Source of the DNA: Trichinella spiralis
Taxonomy: Eukaryota
Assembly: GCF_000181795.1 (NCBI RefSeq)
Contig: NW_003526947.1
Span: 127,960-191,959, forward strand
DNA length: 64,000 nt
Direction: 5' to 3'
Part shown: positions 39,060-54,100 of the stretch, piece by piece
How positions within the stretch are numbered: the first letter of the stretch is position 1
Layout: each line of letters opens with the position of its first letter
The notes under the pieces: generated by a model
Told to the model about the DNA's origin: nothing
Database searches by the model: none
What the model saw: only the letters and a program-made list of their open reading frames with translations
Made by a program: the position numbers and the translations under genes

Positions 39060-40176
39060 GTTGTTTATATGCGAATATTTCTCATGAACATCAGCTGAGT
39101 AGCGCTGAATTCTTTCTGCTGCCCCATCCAAGCCAACTTTGAGGCAAGAATAGGCTTCTGAATGGTTCAGCCCTTCATTTCATTTAGCAGACATATCAGA
39201 CCTATTGGCATCTTCATGTTCATTTTTTTTCAATTGTCCCAAGTATTTCATCGTCACTTAGTGTTTCAAATAATGGGGTATCATCATCGGCTAGCCAGTG
39301 TTCAACTTCGTCCTGCAATAATTTAAAATTTCTGAACATTTCTATTATATAGTCATCATCACAGTTTACTGATTCGTTTACACATTTTTCATTGTAATCA
39401 AGAAGTTTATTCCATATTACGCGCAAAGTAGATCCTGAAATCGAGTTCCACGCTTGTGTAATCATCATATAGCAGCAATCTTTGAAATTTATGCTTCCAA
39501 GTTGTGACACCAGATCGCCTCCATTACCTTCTGAATGGACAATTCTTCGCAAGAGTTTTTCCTATATTGCTTTCTTAAACTTTGAATAACAGCTTGTGAT
39601 CTATTGGCTGAACAAGCGATGATGCATTTGGTGGCAAAAACAAAACCTTGAACAAGCCATTTTTACGGTCTAGCAATTCGCAGCAAGAATGGCAAGGTGC
39701 ATTGTCAATTATGAGTAGCATCTTTCCTGATTTTTTTGTCTTATGCTGGTATTCCTTAACGTGAGGAATAAATATCTCATCATACTAGCAGGAAAAAATA
39801 TCTTCTGTCATCCAAGCTTTTGGCTGATAATTATAAACCATCGGCAACTTCTGCACACTAATCTTAGCTCGTGGGCTTTCTGATTTTCCAACTAACAACA
39901 GTTGTAAACGATCGCAACCTGAAGCATTCGCGCAACAAAAAAGTCATTCTTTCTTCACATGACTTAAATAAAGCTTTTGCTTTTTTTCCTTAGTTTCCGC
40001 TCCAAACTTAAAACCTTTTTCTTTTTAGTAGCAGACACACCGGACATAAAAATTAGCAAACAACAGAATGTTACACTAAAATGCTAATGAAATTTAATAT
40101 CATAAACAATGCATTTTAAACAGCCGGCCAAAATGTATTCAGATAATCAGGTGTTCGGATAATCAGAATTCTACTG
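39060..40176 (-). mobile_element. Tigger/pogo (jerky-like, DDE_1) DNA transposon remnant
   Basis: Minus-strand motifs LIIDNAPCH, VLFLPPNASSLVQP and ITQAWNSIS...WNKL with frameshifts. The terminus CAGTAGAATTCTG at 40176 is flanked by TA. The other TIR was not found. Confidence 0.8.
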
Positions 40177-40688
40177 TATTTCATTTGGTGTTGTGTTTGT
40201 AAAATTTTGCATAATACATCCATATCGTATCGTAAAAAAATTTTATTCAGTTTAGTAGTAGTAGCAGTTATTGTTGTTGCTTGATTTCACAGTAAAAGTA
40301 TACTCGCAGGAAACAATCAATATGTTTTCAAATAAAAAAAGCATGAAATAAACAAAAGAAAAAATGCCAGATGCAAGGAGGATTAACCATGCAATATGTC
40401 AGTGAACAAAAGCAATTTCATGAACCAGACAGAGAACAACATTTTTCAATAAATAACACAATTAAGTAAGTTCAAAAATACTACTATCTGTCAAAGCAGT
40501 TTCAAAAAAATAACTTTTCTTTTCAAAAATGAAAATACTATATATTTTTACGGTATTTTAACAAAAAATATTTTCATGATGATAAGAGAGATACTAGACG
40601 TAATTTGAGGATGAAACGTGTATTCTGTGTATTATTTGTTGGATTTTGTTTTGAATGTTGCTGTTCATTGGATGGATGGCCCAAACGG

Positions 40689-43600
40689 TTATTTTGCTGT
40701 CATCATTTTCACAAATTCTAAAATAAATAAAAAGCAATTTTAAAATTTTGTGCAAATTTTAAAATTGTGTGCATCATATATTATTTTTCAAATGGAAAAG
40801 CTTTTATAAACAGCGCTTGGTGCTGATCCATTTGTCAAACAAATAAGCATATATAAATTGAACAGTGTATTATATTTAAGCATTATTCAAAATAATCATG
40901 CTGCTCATCTGAAAACACAATTGATAGATTAGTCCTTAAAAAATTCAAATTCTGAAAATTAAACTTTTGCTGAAACAACAAAATTAAGAATGTACATTTA
41001 ATATTCAAATTTTCAATATATACCGTGGTAATTCACTAAACCATCACCATCCAAATCTGCTTCCCGAATCATTTCCTGTACTTCTTCATCCGTGAGTTTC
41101 TCTCCAAGGTTAGTCATTACATAGTGAAGTTCAGCAGCGGAAATAAACCCGTCCTTGTCTTTGTCAAAAACCTTAAAACCAAATTTCACGTTGAAACTTA
41201 AATTAAAAAACAATGCAATTCTGCTATTATAAATTATTTTACTTGAAACGCTTCCTTCAGTTCTTGTTCAGAATCAGAATCTTTCATTTTTCGAGACATC
41301 ATCTGCAAGAATTCGTCAAATTCGATTGTTCCGTTTCCTAAAATTATTCGACAATAAATTTCGATTTATTTCTGTTAAAATTTAAATTCACTAAAGTCAT
41401 ATACCGTCTTCGTCAACTTCGTTAACCATGTCACGAAGTTCAGATTCAGTGGGCCTTTGACCAAGTGAACGCATTACAATTCCAAGCTCTTGAGAAGTAA
41501 TTTTTCCGTCTCCGTCTTTGTCAAACAAATTAAATGCTTCTTGAAATTCAGCAATCTGTTCGTCAGCAAGACCAAAACGATCAGCCTGTGCATTTATAAT
41601 TTATAGCTTTTAACTTTGACATGTCATTCAAAATTAGGTTCATTTAATTTATGTTTCTTAATCTGCACAAAAATCCAATATTATTTTCAATGCAATAACT
41701 AGCTTCCGGCATTCAGGTTGTTCATTATCATTGTCTCTTATTTTTTTTGGTCTTCCCCTGACTGATAATAAACCAACAGTCGTTGATTCAAAAAGGATAT
41801 ACTTTTCAGAACTCTAACAGCAGAATAATTCTTCAAGAACAGCATCACCAACATTACACAAATCATGAATCAATTCATAGGACAGAATCCTGTTGATTAA
41901 CAAAGTTCCAAAGTAAGACGGGATGTTCTTCAAATGATATCTTGTTATCAAGAAATTCCACATAAGAGAAAACGTAAGAAGCGACAGTTAACGCTTGGCA
42001 GTTTCATCATCAAGAAATCTAAGGTTGAGAAATCAAAGCCTGGTCTATTATCACAATGATTAATATGAACAATAAAGTATGTAAACATTTTTATAAATAT
42101 TTCAAATAAATTTTGTTGTATATCTATTCTGACTTTTGTTTGAACTGGCGTACTATGAACACATGCTATAATGACCCCATACAACGCTGTTTAGCTTAAC
42201 GCCCTTTTTTCAGGAACGGACCAACAGCGTTAAGAGGGGTATGCCTGTACACTGTTTCATACTATAATATTTATGACACATTAATTGTAAATGTTGTTAA
42301 AAGCTGCAAAAACAAAATGTGCCATTACTCCTACGTTCATTTTTCAAATGCATATTTTGCTTTTGATTTGTATATTTTTTTATAATATTTGCTTTTGAGT
42401 TTTTATTGACACTCTACAAAAAGCATTCTAGCAATTTTTTCTCGAAATTTGGTTTGGTGTTGAGCAAGAAACATTTTAGAGAGCAAAAAAACTCATTTTG
42501 AGATTTTCATCAATTAAATTAGTCAAGTGTTGCTGAATAATGTTGACTGACAGTTAAAAATATATGAACAACTGTTGAAAATTGGAAAAATATCCTCTTT
42601 TCAGCTCGGCTTCAGTAATGTACAGCTACATAAAACATTCACATCACATATCAAAACAATACTTAATTCTGCACTCTGATTTGCACGATCTATGTGCATG
42701 TATATAACTGTATCATATAAATAAAAACTAAAATCTGCTACTTAAAGTGTTGCATGTATGAATAAACATATTTTATAATTTTCACACCTTTGTATTATTG
42801 AAAATGTTGTTTATTTATGAAAATTATTTATAATGAAAATGAGCATAGTGTTAACTAAAGAGTAATTTTTTCAAAGAGCACGCAGTTGCTAAAAATAATG
42901 AGTAACACTGAAACAGTTGCATCATTAATTAGTCGACTAAAACCAAACGTGCCTAATTTTAAAAATAAAAAATGATTCATCATATTTTGAATTAATAATT
43001 AATTAACTTTACTGCAACTGATTAATTACTCAGCTTCATATTATAACTGCAGTTTAAGATCTGTTAGGTTAAACATCAGAATATTATTAATGCTCAAATA
43101 GCTGGTTTAATAAAAAAAATAAAGATTTCTTAGCTTTGTTTCAATTTATTTTAAAATGCTATCAGAATTTGAGCAATATTTTCTAGCAGTATATAATAAT
43201 TATGCATACGGTACGGTATGGTTGCTTGGTAAAATAAATTAGACATTAATGTTGGTTTATTTTAATCCATTTATAAATGAAAAATAAAGAATACTTGCAA
43301 TAACCTTTGCTTTTGTGAAATGTTATCATGCTTTTTACAATATTCTAAATCTGAATCTAAATATGTCTTGATCATTTTGCTGTTTCTTAATGCAAGAAAG
43401 ATACTATAAGAAATGGTGGAGATGACAATATAGATTGTATGCCTTAAAAATTAAAAAAAGAAAAATTTATTTTACATCTTTTCTCATATCAATGAGATAA
43501 AAGTGTATAAGATTTTCGTATTTTTTAATTTTAAATGTGAAATTTGAACTGCATTTTTTGTTTTTAAAATTATAAAAACTTTATATTTATGAATAATAAT

Positions 43601-46600
43601 TTAATGCATAGTTCACAAGAAAATTAAAGTATTGTATAAGAATATTGTTATTGTTTCTAAATGACGACAAATATGCAAAACGATGATGAATTTTTTTCAA
43701 ATTTTCAACAGAAAAAAAATTCATTTATATAAAAGATATGGCGTTGCTGAAAAGTTCAGATTTCATTTATATAACAGGGGTTCTCAACCCAGGGGGAATT
43801 CTCCCCCAGGGAGAAATTTTCAGATTTCAGGTGGGGGGGGGGGGGGAATTCTGTCTTCAGATTTGTGAACTCAAAAATAAAGGCATTAGTGTCGTAGGGA
43901 TAATTTGTAGTTGGTCACTGGCTACTACGCGTTGTGTCTGATGTAAGTAAGGCAAAATGCTTACTATGAAATTCATCAACATATAATGAATTACAGCAGT
44001 ACCCTGGCATTCCACTGGACATTTTTGTCTATTGAAATAGAAAACTCCACTTTTAAAATAATCGAAGTAAATGTACATGTACCAATATAATGATAAATAT
44101 ATTTTCGATATTATATTTGCATTATTTGTAATGCGCCATTTGAGCCAAACAGTCTGCAAAGTGGGAGTGACATTCTACCTAACTGTTTAAAGGCCGCATG
44201 GGGAGAAAGGTTGAGAACTACTGTTATATAACAAGAGTGGTTGAAAATAAAAAAAAGAAAACAAGCAAATATTTCAGCAATGAGCTCACATTGTGGCAAG
44301 GTGTTGTCGTGATAATCGACACTAGTGTCAGCTGGAAGAAAAATGATTTCGATTTGAAAACTGCTTCCAGGCTGTTGAACATTTTGCTCAGCTAGCTTAA
44401 AAAGCAACTGACTAAATAACTGCATTTATGAAAATACTTGATGTAATTGATGGTAATCTGTGATAAAGATATTTTCAACATTCAGATGTTTGAAATCTAT
44501 TCATTCCAATAAACAAGTAATACAACAAAATCTGTTCAAGCTTTTGTTTTTATTTAATTTTTAGCTGACAGTTTTCTCATCTCAGTGTTTTTAACTTGTG
44601 TATTCTTAGTTTCATACAACACAAAGCACTTTAAAGTTTTTTCCTTATATTGCTTTCTTAAGCAATAGTTGAATGAATGACTTTACGAGAAAAGAAAAGA
44701 ATCACTTCGACACCGTTTTATACTATATTACAAATACTGCATACATTTTAAAGTTTTGTTTTTAATCTCAAAAATTTTTTTCAAAGAAAAAAACTGTACA
44801 TTCTGCAGATGTAGAATTGCTATTTATTTATTAATTTTGAAAATTGAATAAAGTTTGCAAATATTAATGAAATTGTCGGATGCCAGTGGGCACAATTATG
44901 AGATGCACAATTGACCAACTGATTTATTCGTTCGAGCTGTATGTAATCTGAGCAGTAATCTCTTGAGCATGTCAAAGGGAGATAATAAATATGAGCTTAC
45001 CGCGTTCATTTCAAATGCTCTGGATCATGTGATAACATAAAAATAGCTTTTCATTAAAAAAGTCCTGAATCGAAATCTGAAAAATCACTTTCGCAATATT
45101 CAATTGCTTCGCCAAATTCCCCAAAGAAGCTGGACTTTATGCGATTAATTCTTGACGTTATGAACTGAAATAAAAACTCAGCTTTGGAGCAAAAGATGAA
45201 ATCAAATTTTAATTCTCTATTTTCATTCTTTTTAAAATAATTGAAATTGCAACAATTTCTCATCTATCAATCAATCTATGTATCTATCTATCCATCTATC
45301 CTATCTATTTACTTATTTATCTATCTAACTATATATGTGTAAACATGGATATATCCCGCAACTTTCATCACAGACGCAGAAGTAAAAATAAACAAAGCTC
45401 AAATTTAAATGAAAAAAGAAGAAATTACATTAACCTTTCTCTTATCAAATATGCTTTGAAGAGCTAGAGTAAATATTTTTGCTTTTTGTCAAAAAATTTT
45501 CAAATAACTTATTTCTTCTTAACTTCGATACTTTCTTCAAACGATCACATACGTTCTCTCTTCCAACTTAATCAGCCTTCACATCTGTCAGCTGAATTTT
45601 AAATAATATGCATGTTGTGAAAAATATTTCTTTTTAAAATAAAAAGAAAAAAATATATGTATAATATTAGCATTTATGATAGCAAGTTATAATTCTTAAT
45701 TCAAAAAATATGAATAAAGAAAGAGGAAAAATAATTTTAAACATCTGAAACTTTCATAATAATAATAATAATAATAATAGTAATAATAGTTAAATTTGAA
45801 TTACATAATGTGAAGTTGGAACTAAATTAATTTATAAAATTAGCTACCATCAACAATTCAAAGAAATAAATAAATGGCATTTTTATTTTATAATAATGCT
45901 TATAAAAGTTGAAATTAGAACAGTCGTACAAATTTTCAGTTTGATTTACTTTCTGTTGCTTGTAATAAATCAACGATCCTTACGAATGTACATTGATGAA
46001 AAATTACCAAAAAGATTGTTGAACAAATTTTTCATATTTCAATTTCTGTAATTTTAAAATTTATTCATCAACTTTGTATGAAGTAATTAATTTTCATCAT
46101 TATGTGCCTATATGCTAGCAAAAGTACGGTTTTACTGAATCAAAGAAAAAAATAATTTCAAAGGAATAAGTAAAATTTTTTACGCTTGATAATTAAAAAC
46201 ACTGAAGAAAAAAAATCTTGCATACTGAATTTATAATTTGAATGTCGTTTAATTTTATTAAAAGAATTATCTTAAAATCTTTTTAAAAAATGTAAAAGGA
46301 ATGCATCATAAATGGCAAAACAGATTATTTATTTATTTATTTATTTAGGATAAAAAATAATAGTAGAAATTTATAGATCACGATGCTTAAGAATTGCAAT
46401 CATCATTCAATTCAATCAATGAAGCAATGTTTTCCAAGAATTGCGTTGCATTATATACATATACGCATTTATATTTAAACTTGCTTCGTCTGTTATTTGC
46501 AAAACTCAAATAATCAAACAATGCTTGGTCAATAATTTAAATTGTTGCAACATGAGGAAACACTTCAAGAAAAACAATACAGATAAAGAAGAATAAAAGT

Positions 46601-48158
46601 CATCGGTTTTCAACTTTCAACTAAATCTGTCCATCTTCCTTTTATGTATATGTATGTACATAATATTGTAAAAGATTTTTTATTTTTCTGTTGTAATTTT
46701 ATTAAAAAAAATAGTATCTTTTATTATTTGTTAGCATATTGGCACAAGTGAATAAATATAACATCTATCAGACAATACAAATGCTTAATAATAATAATAG
46801 CAATAATTCTAATTTGCTTATACTCGACAATTTTTCAAATGCTGGTAATAATTTATTTTACATGTGCTCATTAAAACAAACTATATATAATCACATAAAG
46901 AGAAATACTAAAACTGACTACTTGCTTGCTATATTTGACATCAATGAGAGTTCATAATTCAGTTTGTTTGAAGTTATATAAATTAACATGACGCAATCAA
47001 TCAGCAACATTATGCTTCCTCTAATTTATGACTTTGCTCAACTCAAAATCTACTAACCAGCCAAACTTCCTCAAATCACATCCCTAGATCAGAACCTTAC
47101 TTATTGTTGTTATCAAATTGCTGATCATGACGATCATAAATCCGTACATTAAATCACCTTCAGCATGCTTCTCATATGCAGCATGTTTATTATTATTTTT
47201 TTATGTTTTACATTTTGAAATATTTATTGTAAATGGAACATGATAAACTCCCATCCATTCAATGTGCTATGTTTCATTCGTTGTTTCTCTTTTTACTCTA
47301 GATGTGACTTTGAAAAGTTTTCATAGATGAAGAAAGTGGTCATTTGTTATTAAGAAATTCATAGTTAACCATTTGAATTAGTTCCAAATTATAATTTGCT
47401 TATTTATTTAATAACTGGAATTTTTGAAGGAAAAAAATGGTTAACTTGTTCTAAAATTCAATGAGATCAATATGCAAAGATCAATAAGGGGGAGGGAGAG
47501 GGGGAGGTAAAAAGAATTTTTATTCATATTCTGTCATCTTTGGCAAACAGGTGAAAAGGACCTTTCGAATTAATAGTTTTCAATGAACATTCGAAGTGAA
47601 AAAGAGAAATTAAATAAATTTTAATGATTATCAAAAAATGGAAAAAAAGGGAAAAAATTGAGCAGAATTTTCAATTTGCCAAGAAAAAAAAAGCAGTAGT
47701 GTACAGTGAGAGAAAATTATCTTAAAGTAAAAAAGAAAAATTAATCAAATTATTAATGAATTAATAAATTCATTCATTCATTCATTAAGACGGTATCGAT
47801 TAATAGTTTTGCACTGGGAATATGTGATTATTGGACAATGATGACGAAACAATAAATATAGAACGTTTTTGAAAGTGTTTGTTGTTGAAACTTTTGTAAA
47901 AAGATTATTAGATTTTGATAATTTTCTTCTGAAAAATTCATTTCAACCCTAATTTGGGAAATATCTGAAGATCATTCTCGTATGGTTGATCGTAGACAAG
48001 CGTGAAAATTAATCCAAAAAAAAACAATCAGACATTGAAAATTTTCAATCAGAGCAAAAATAATGTCAACATGATTAATAATTTTTTGCAAAGTAAAGAA
48101 GCAGCATTTTTGCATAAATAAAAAAAACAAAACAAACAAATAGAATACTTACCGCCAT
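40689..48158 (-). CDS. Calmodulin-like protein (4 EF-hands, 152 aa). Exons 48158-48153, 41585-41405, 41337-41243, 41171-41024, 40717-40689
   Basis: [152 protein letters not shown]. All junctions are GT-AG and in phase. The first exon is inferred across a 6.6-kb intron. Confidence 0.9.
41700..42247 (+). mobile_element. 3' remnant of a Tigger-like element in the calmodulin intron
   Basis: Ends in ggggtatgcctg|ta, the reverse complement of a Tigger1-like CAGGCATACC terminus plus TA. An upstream basic stretch ([10 protein letters not shown]) is typical of Tigger transposase C-termini. The left limit is approximate. Confidence 0.5.
43775..44223. mobile_element. hAT-family MITE (449 bp) with perfect 8-bp TSD
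   Basis: TIRs CAGGGGTTCTCAACC and GGTTGAGAACTACTG. TSD TTATATAA at 43767-43774 and 44224-44231. Confidence 0.9.
45262..45326. repeat. Imperfect (TCTA)n microsatellite; others include (CAT)n ~22127-22148, (AATCAA)n ~28668-28693 and (TAA)n ~45758-45790
   Basis: Seen directly in the sequence. Confidence 0.7.
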
Positions 48159-51100
48159 GTTTTGTTGTTGTATCTTGTAGAAGATGAAGTTGGTGTAATA
48201 TGCCAGTAAAATAAAAATTTGTCTATTGTTGAGTGGAAGAAGTGGATGGAAAACAAAGAAACTGCCAAATGGGAAAAGTTCAATAAAATAGAAGAAACAC
48301 CAGTTGAAATGATCAAAATCGCAGAGGTCGTATTAGAAGAAAATGTGTGTACGTGTGTCTGTGTCTGTGTGTGCTGCTCAGCAGGAGGCGGGCAATAATT
48401 GCATGCAGCTTATGCGTTCAAGACAAGCAGGCGTGTATAATATGAAGAATCAACTGAAACAACAAAAACTTGGTTATCTTATTGCTAAATGACTGAGAAT
48501 AATTAATTAAGTGCTATGGGCACACGACTGACTGAGAACTTTATACTTCGGCAACTTTTTCCTATTTTATCTTCTACTTATTTTTCTTGTCTACTAAATA
48601 TTTTTATAAAATATTCAATTTAAATATAATCATGAATGATGACGATCAATAATTTAATATATTTTATAAAAATATGAATAATGAAATTAATAAAAGCTGC
48701 ACATTAACATCTACACACACACACATGCATACATACATACATATATACATATGCAAATAGATCGAATAAATAAATTGTTCTTGAAATGAATTGAAATATT
48801 TAGTTGGAAAAAAAGAAAACTGCCGCCAATTGACTGTCCATCTTCTGCATGGATGCAAAGAGTACCAGAGTGAGGAGACAAGGGGGGGATTTTGACGGCA
48901 TCATTTGGTGGCATGAGTCCATTTCTCAGCAGTTGTTCAAACTCAAGCTAACTAATGGAAGCCACGTAAGTAAACTGGTATGGCTGCTAGTGTCAACGTT
49001 GGCGCAATCACGAATTCAAGGCACGTCAACAACAGCAATAGAAGCAGCAGTAGCAACAACAAAACAACAACAACAGTGGTGTATGAATTTTTTCAGCTAT
49101 TAGTAACTATGGGATACAGGAGCACCAACGAATAAATTGCCGGAAGAGAAAACCTAGCCATTCACTTTTACACAACGCTTATCGAAGAAAAGAAGCGGCT
49201 TTCACAATCACAAAATGATTCATATACTTCAGATTCTGTGTTATTTTAACCTGAAATTGCCTGAATTCTTGATTCAAAATTCTACAACAAACTATTCTAC
49301 ATTCGACTTCAACATACTCTTTTGATAAATTGAAAATGGATCAGGGGACTTTGCAAACTCATTGTAGAATATATTCGCAATTTTCAATTCTCTGCAGATC
49401 TCTGTCAATTGCACCACAAGCAACAAACCAACCGAACACATCCAATAAACATCTCTTCTCCATTTTATGCAGAATCAAATAATCATATTTTGATCATATT
49501 GCAATGATTTATTATTTCAATGACGCAATTTTGCCAATCCCATTCCCAATTGTGAATACGTTTCAAAATGGACAAGCACAATTTGAAATTTTTCTATTGC
49601 AAAACAACAAAACACAAATAGCAGCATAGCATAGCATAACATAACATAACATTGCCAAACAGCAATTTTTTCTGTTCATATTTGCACTGCTGTTATTGTT
49701 GTTGTTGTTGTTGCTGCTTTTTCTTTGCTAAATTTTCTTACTTCCTCATTTTTATCAGACAAACATTTTATAAAGTTGTTTTGTGCATGAATTAATATTT
49801 CAAATTGAAGCAAATATTTGTTTATGTGAAATAATTTTCCACTTTTATATTCACTTTTATTAAAGTTGGCCATTGAGCAGTGAATTGATTATCATTTTCA
49901 ACTGGAACAATTGAAAAATTATTTCGTTGCAAAATTAAAAGTTTATTTATATGAAGAAGGGTAGAATTTTCTATAAATGATTTGATGTTAGTCTTTTTCA
50001 TGACATGCATGCATGCATTCATCGTCATATTTATTCACTTTGGAAGAAATTGAAACTAACCAACAGCTTGGAATGATGAAAACTGATGAAAGCGATGAAA
50101 TTAATAAGTTTTCTTTTCCTTTACATCATCATTATGTAAATAATAAAATCGAATAGTTCTTTTATTATAGAATATGATCAGTATACATAGTAAAGGTAGT
50201 AGTGGTAAATGTTTATTAATGCTTGTGAAAGAGAAAAATTGTACTACCGGTCACAGAATGTCGCTTTTGCTAATGCAATTGCTAATACACATAATGTTTG
50301 CAATTGAACATTTGTATATAAATAAAAATGCAAATTACTTATTTAATGCAGATTAAAATGAAAAAAAAAGTAAAAATTGTAATTGCAAATTGGGAAATTT
50401 TTGAAATTTTAAACAAGCAGCTTACCAGCAAGCAAGCAAGTTGTAGAAGAATAATTGAAAAAGAGAAAATCACTTGCAATTGAAAATTACAATAATGTAG
50501 TATGCATAAAATGTTGTGTGAGGTGAAAATTTTCCTACTGCTTCTTTTTCCAGTTTTCTTGTTAGCAGTGGAAAGCCACTTGTGAAAGCTGAACAATACA
50601 TACACAAAGAACTGGCTAGATGATAAAGCGCTGCAATCATTTAATGATTTCCTCAGAGAATTAATTGTCTTTGTCATTCTGGAAACGATTTGTTTTATTA
50701 TTATTTCTTTCTTCTTTTATTTTGCGAGTCGAAGTTTTCAGAAAAAATGAAAAGCAATGAATATTCACATTTAAATGCAATATTTCTCGATCGTTGAAGA
50801 AAAACCATTGCATATATTTTTTTTGCTTTCGATTAAATCAATACCAAAGTATGATTATATGAACTTGCGTTTTCATCTTTCCACTACATGCGATAATTAT
50901 GATTGCTGTTTTTTTTTCATTTCTGCAAATCAAGTTCTAATACAAAAAATGCATTTTCAAAAATCAAATTAAATTATTATAAATTAAAAAGTAAGCAATT
51001 ATTTTCTATACAATGCAATCTAACAATAATCTCGATCATGTCGAAAAGTAATACATAATTTGTTGTAAAACTGCGAACAATTTTTTCCATTCATTTTAAA

Positions 51101-54100
51101 CCTTATAATTATTTCTTCTTCTTCTTCTTATTATTATTTTTAAAATAAACTGGGAAAAGTTGAAAAAGCTTTTCATTTGCTAGCCAGAATTTGTTTACGG
51201 GGACAAAGTGGACTTATACAACAGAAGGAAGTCAGAAGAAGATGAGGATGATGATAATAATGCTAATAGTAGTGATGAGAATATTCGGAGAATGTGAAAT
51301 TTCCCAAAAGCCAGTCGACCAGTTTTAAATTAAAAGTTTCAAAATTGACTACATCGGGTGGCTATTAGCTGTGTGACTTTTCGCCCGCCTAGACAATATA
51401 AACTACTTTTGGAACAGACAAAGCGTTTGCATGAAAAATCGAACTAATTCCATCGGCATAAATCCCCCACACGTGTGTGTGCGCGTGTATTCATTTATTC
51501 TCGAATTGATAATCTTGATGTAAACTTTTCACAAATTGCGAATGTTTAGCTGTGAAGCTTTAAAAATACATTTCCAATTTTGAGCACAAAGAAAATTTTA
51601 AAACATTTCAATATTTAAAGCAACGATCGAAATTCATTTGCACATTTTGGAAAGTATAATTTTTGTGTCGAAATTAATTTTCATAATCTTCGCTTGCATG
51701 AGTACATGTTGACACTTTGCCATAAAGTGCTTTCTGCACAACAAAATACAATCGCACAAGCTAATAATTTTTCCATTTCCCAATAACCATCATTTTGACA
51801 AACCACCTGCATTGCAGTTTGTCTGCTAATAATGCTAATTGCTAGTTCAATTTTTTTTTCTTATTGTTACGCTGCGGATAATTATTGCGGGAAAAATTGA
51901 ACATTGCCAATGACAATTACGAAACGCAATCGTTGAACTATTTATTTATTTTCTCTTTGTCCAAAATCACTTGAAAAACGTTGAAATAGTCCGTCCACTC
52001 AGTTTCACATTTTAACTTTTTGATCGATAAAAAACAAATTGCACTTTGAAGTGGTTTTCTATTCAAAAAAAAGAAAGAAAGAAACAAATTTACACCATGC
52101 AACAATTAATTAATTGCTCAAATGCATTTAATTTTCTTTTTTCAGTTCCAATTTTTTGCTCACAACTGCAACAGGTGCTAGTCTTTTGCTTCTTGATTAT
52201 ACGAAATAGCGATAAATACACAAATGCTCACGAAAGCTGACAATTTGAATTAAACGGAAAGAGAATTTTTTCCTGGAACATGCACGAAATAAAAATTGTT
52301 ATTTTTATTTAGGTAAATTTCTCCTTTTGAAAACAAAAAATACTGGATCGATTTGAAAAATAATATTCGTAAACTTGGTGGTAGAAAACAGCTTCAACTG
52401 ACAATCGAGCATCCGGCTGAAGAAGCATTGATTTCGTCTTTGAAGCTGAAATACCAGCAACTCATGCCAGTTTTAACAATATTTCAAGTGCTTGTCGTGT
52501 CAAAAAAAACAATTTTATGACATTTTTTCTCTAATCAACAAAACGCTCAGATCAGAGTTCACGTAAATCTCAACTGGGTAAATTTTCTTCCACAAACAAA
52601 TCTTTCTTTTATTCATTTTTTCAGCATGCATTTAAACATGCACCTGACAAAATGCTAATAACTACAAAGCTCAAATAATTCAAGCGAGCAGATAAAACAA
52701 AACAAAAACAGCAATACAATCTGTTCAAATTGGTGATCACAAAACTTTTACCGTAACGTACACAAATTACAAATGCAGGTTTTTAATCTTTTGTAGGTCA
52801 TGAAAAGATAAATGCAAGCTTAAATATCTCATAAAATAAATATACCACTGAAGTAAATAAATAATATTAAAAAAACGTTATACAGTTAATTTCAATTAAA
52901 TTATTGATAGCTTTTTCTTGAAAAAAAGAATTTATCAACTGCTGACAGTGCTAATGTTGAAACAAATGAAAAACGTCAGAAATTTTTATTTTTTATTTTT
53001 TTAAATTTGCATTCAAATAATTCAATATCATTTTCACACGTCAGCAGTAAAATTTAGTGTAGTTTTTTCATATCAATTGAAGAAAAACAAATATCTGGAA
53101 AGCAGATACTTTTCAAAGTTTGACTGATTGATTAATTTTCCACCTTAAATTCGGGTGAAATATTTATAAATTGTTCATTTATTTTATAATTCACATTTTT
53201 TTGTTACCACAGATAGATGGACGATGGATACGCATGCACATTGGGTATGAAATTATTTTATGCACAATGTTCAGTGATCAAAATTCTACCCTGTCGGTGA
53301 TTGATGGTGCAAATTGGGAAAAGTGAATAAATTGAAGAAACAGAGAGAAAAAGTCGCGACCGTTTGATGAAATTTTCCATTCTGTGAATTAATTGCGTGG
53401 TGAAATTTCAAACGCACTAAAAATAACTTACCGCAGAAAATGGCCCCCATTTTCCATTTTCGATGGATTAAATAGCAGAATTAATGCCGCTGCACAGCTT
53501 GATAATGGATAATTGGAAATAAGTTCTTTTGCTCAAACAGGCAGGCAATCTAAATTGCGGCTTATTTCTTGCCCTGACCATCAGTGCAAATTTTCACTAG
53601 CCTCTACGTTTTTGGAGAAAACTGCGACCCGGTCAAGTGGCACAATGAGATTTTTGAGGAATATCAATGGCCGAATGGCGATCAATCAGCCGCTGTTTTA
53701 ATTTTCAAATTAACCATCCAGACTACGGTGGTAAATCTTCAGGTGGTGACATGACCGATTCTTTGTTTGACAATCGATCAACGACCGTCGTCTTCGGTGA
53801 TGGGATGTTGTACAATTTTGCAAAATTGCCTCCTAAAAAGTGCCCTCCCCTAACCCTACCCCATCACCCCTCCCCCCCCCCAAAAAAAAAGGCTAGAAAA
53901 TCTCAATTCGTTGGATATTTTTGCTTCGTCGTAATTTTCGATCGACATCTTGTCAGGTGTAATTATTGTTTCCCGGAAATTGCTGCTGCTGCAGCGGTAA
54001 CGACTTTAGAAGCTCCATTCCATTTCAGCATTTCAATCAACTATATATAAATAACCCAGTTCTTATTTATTTTTAACTAATGCTTCGAAAAATCAATCAC

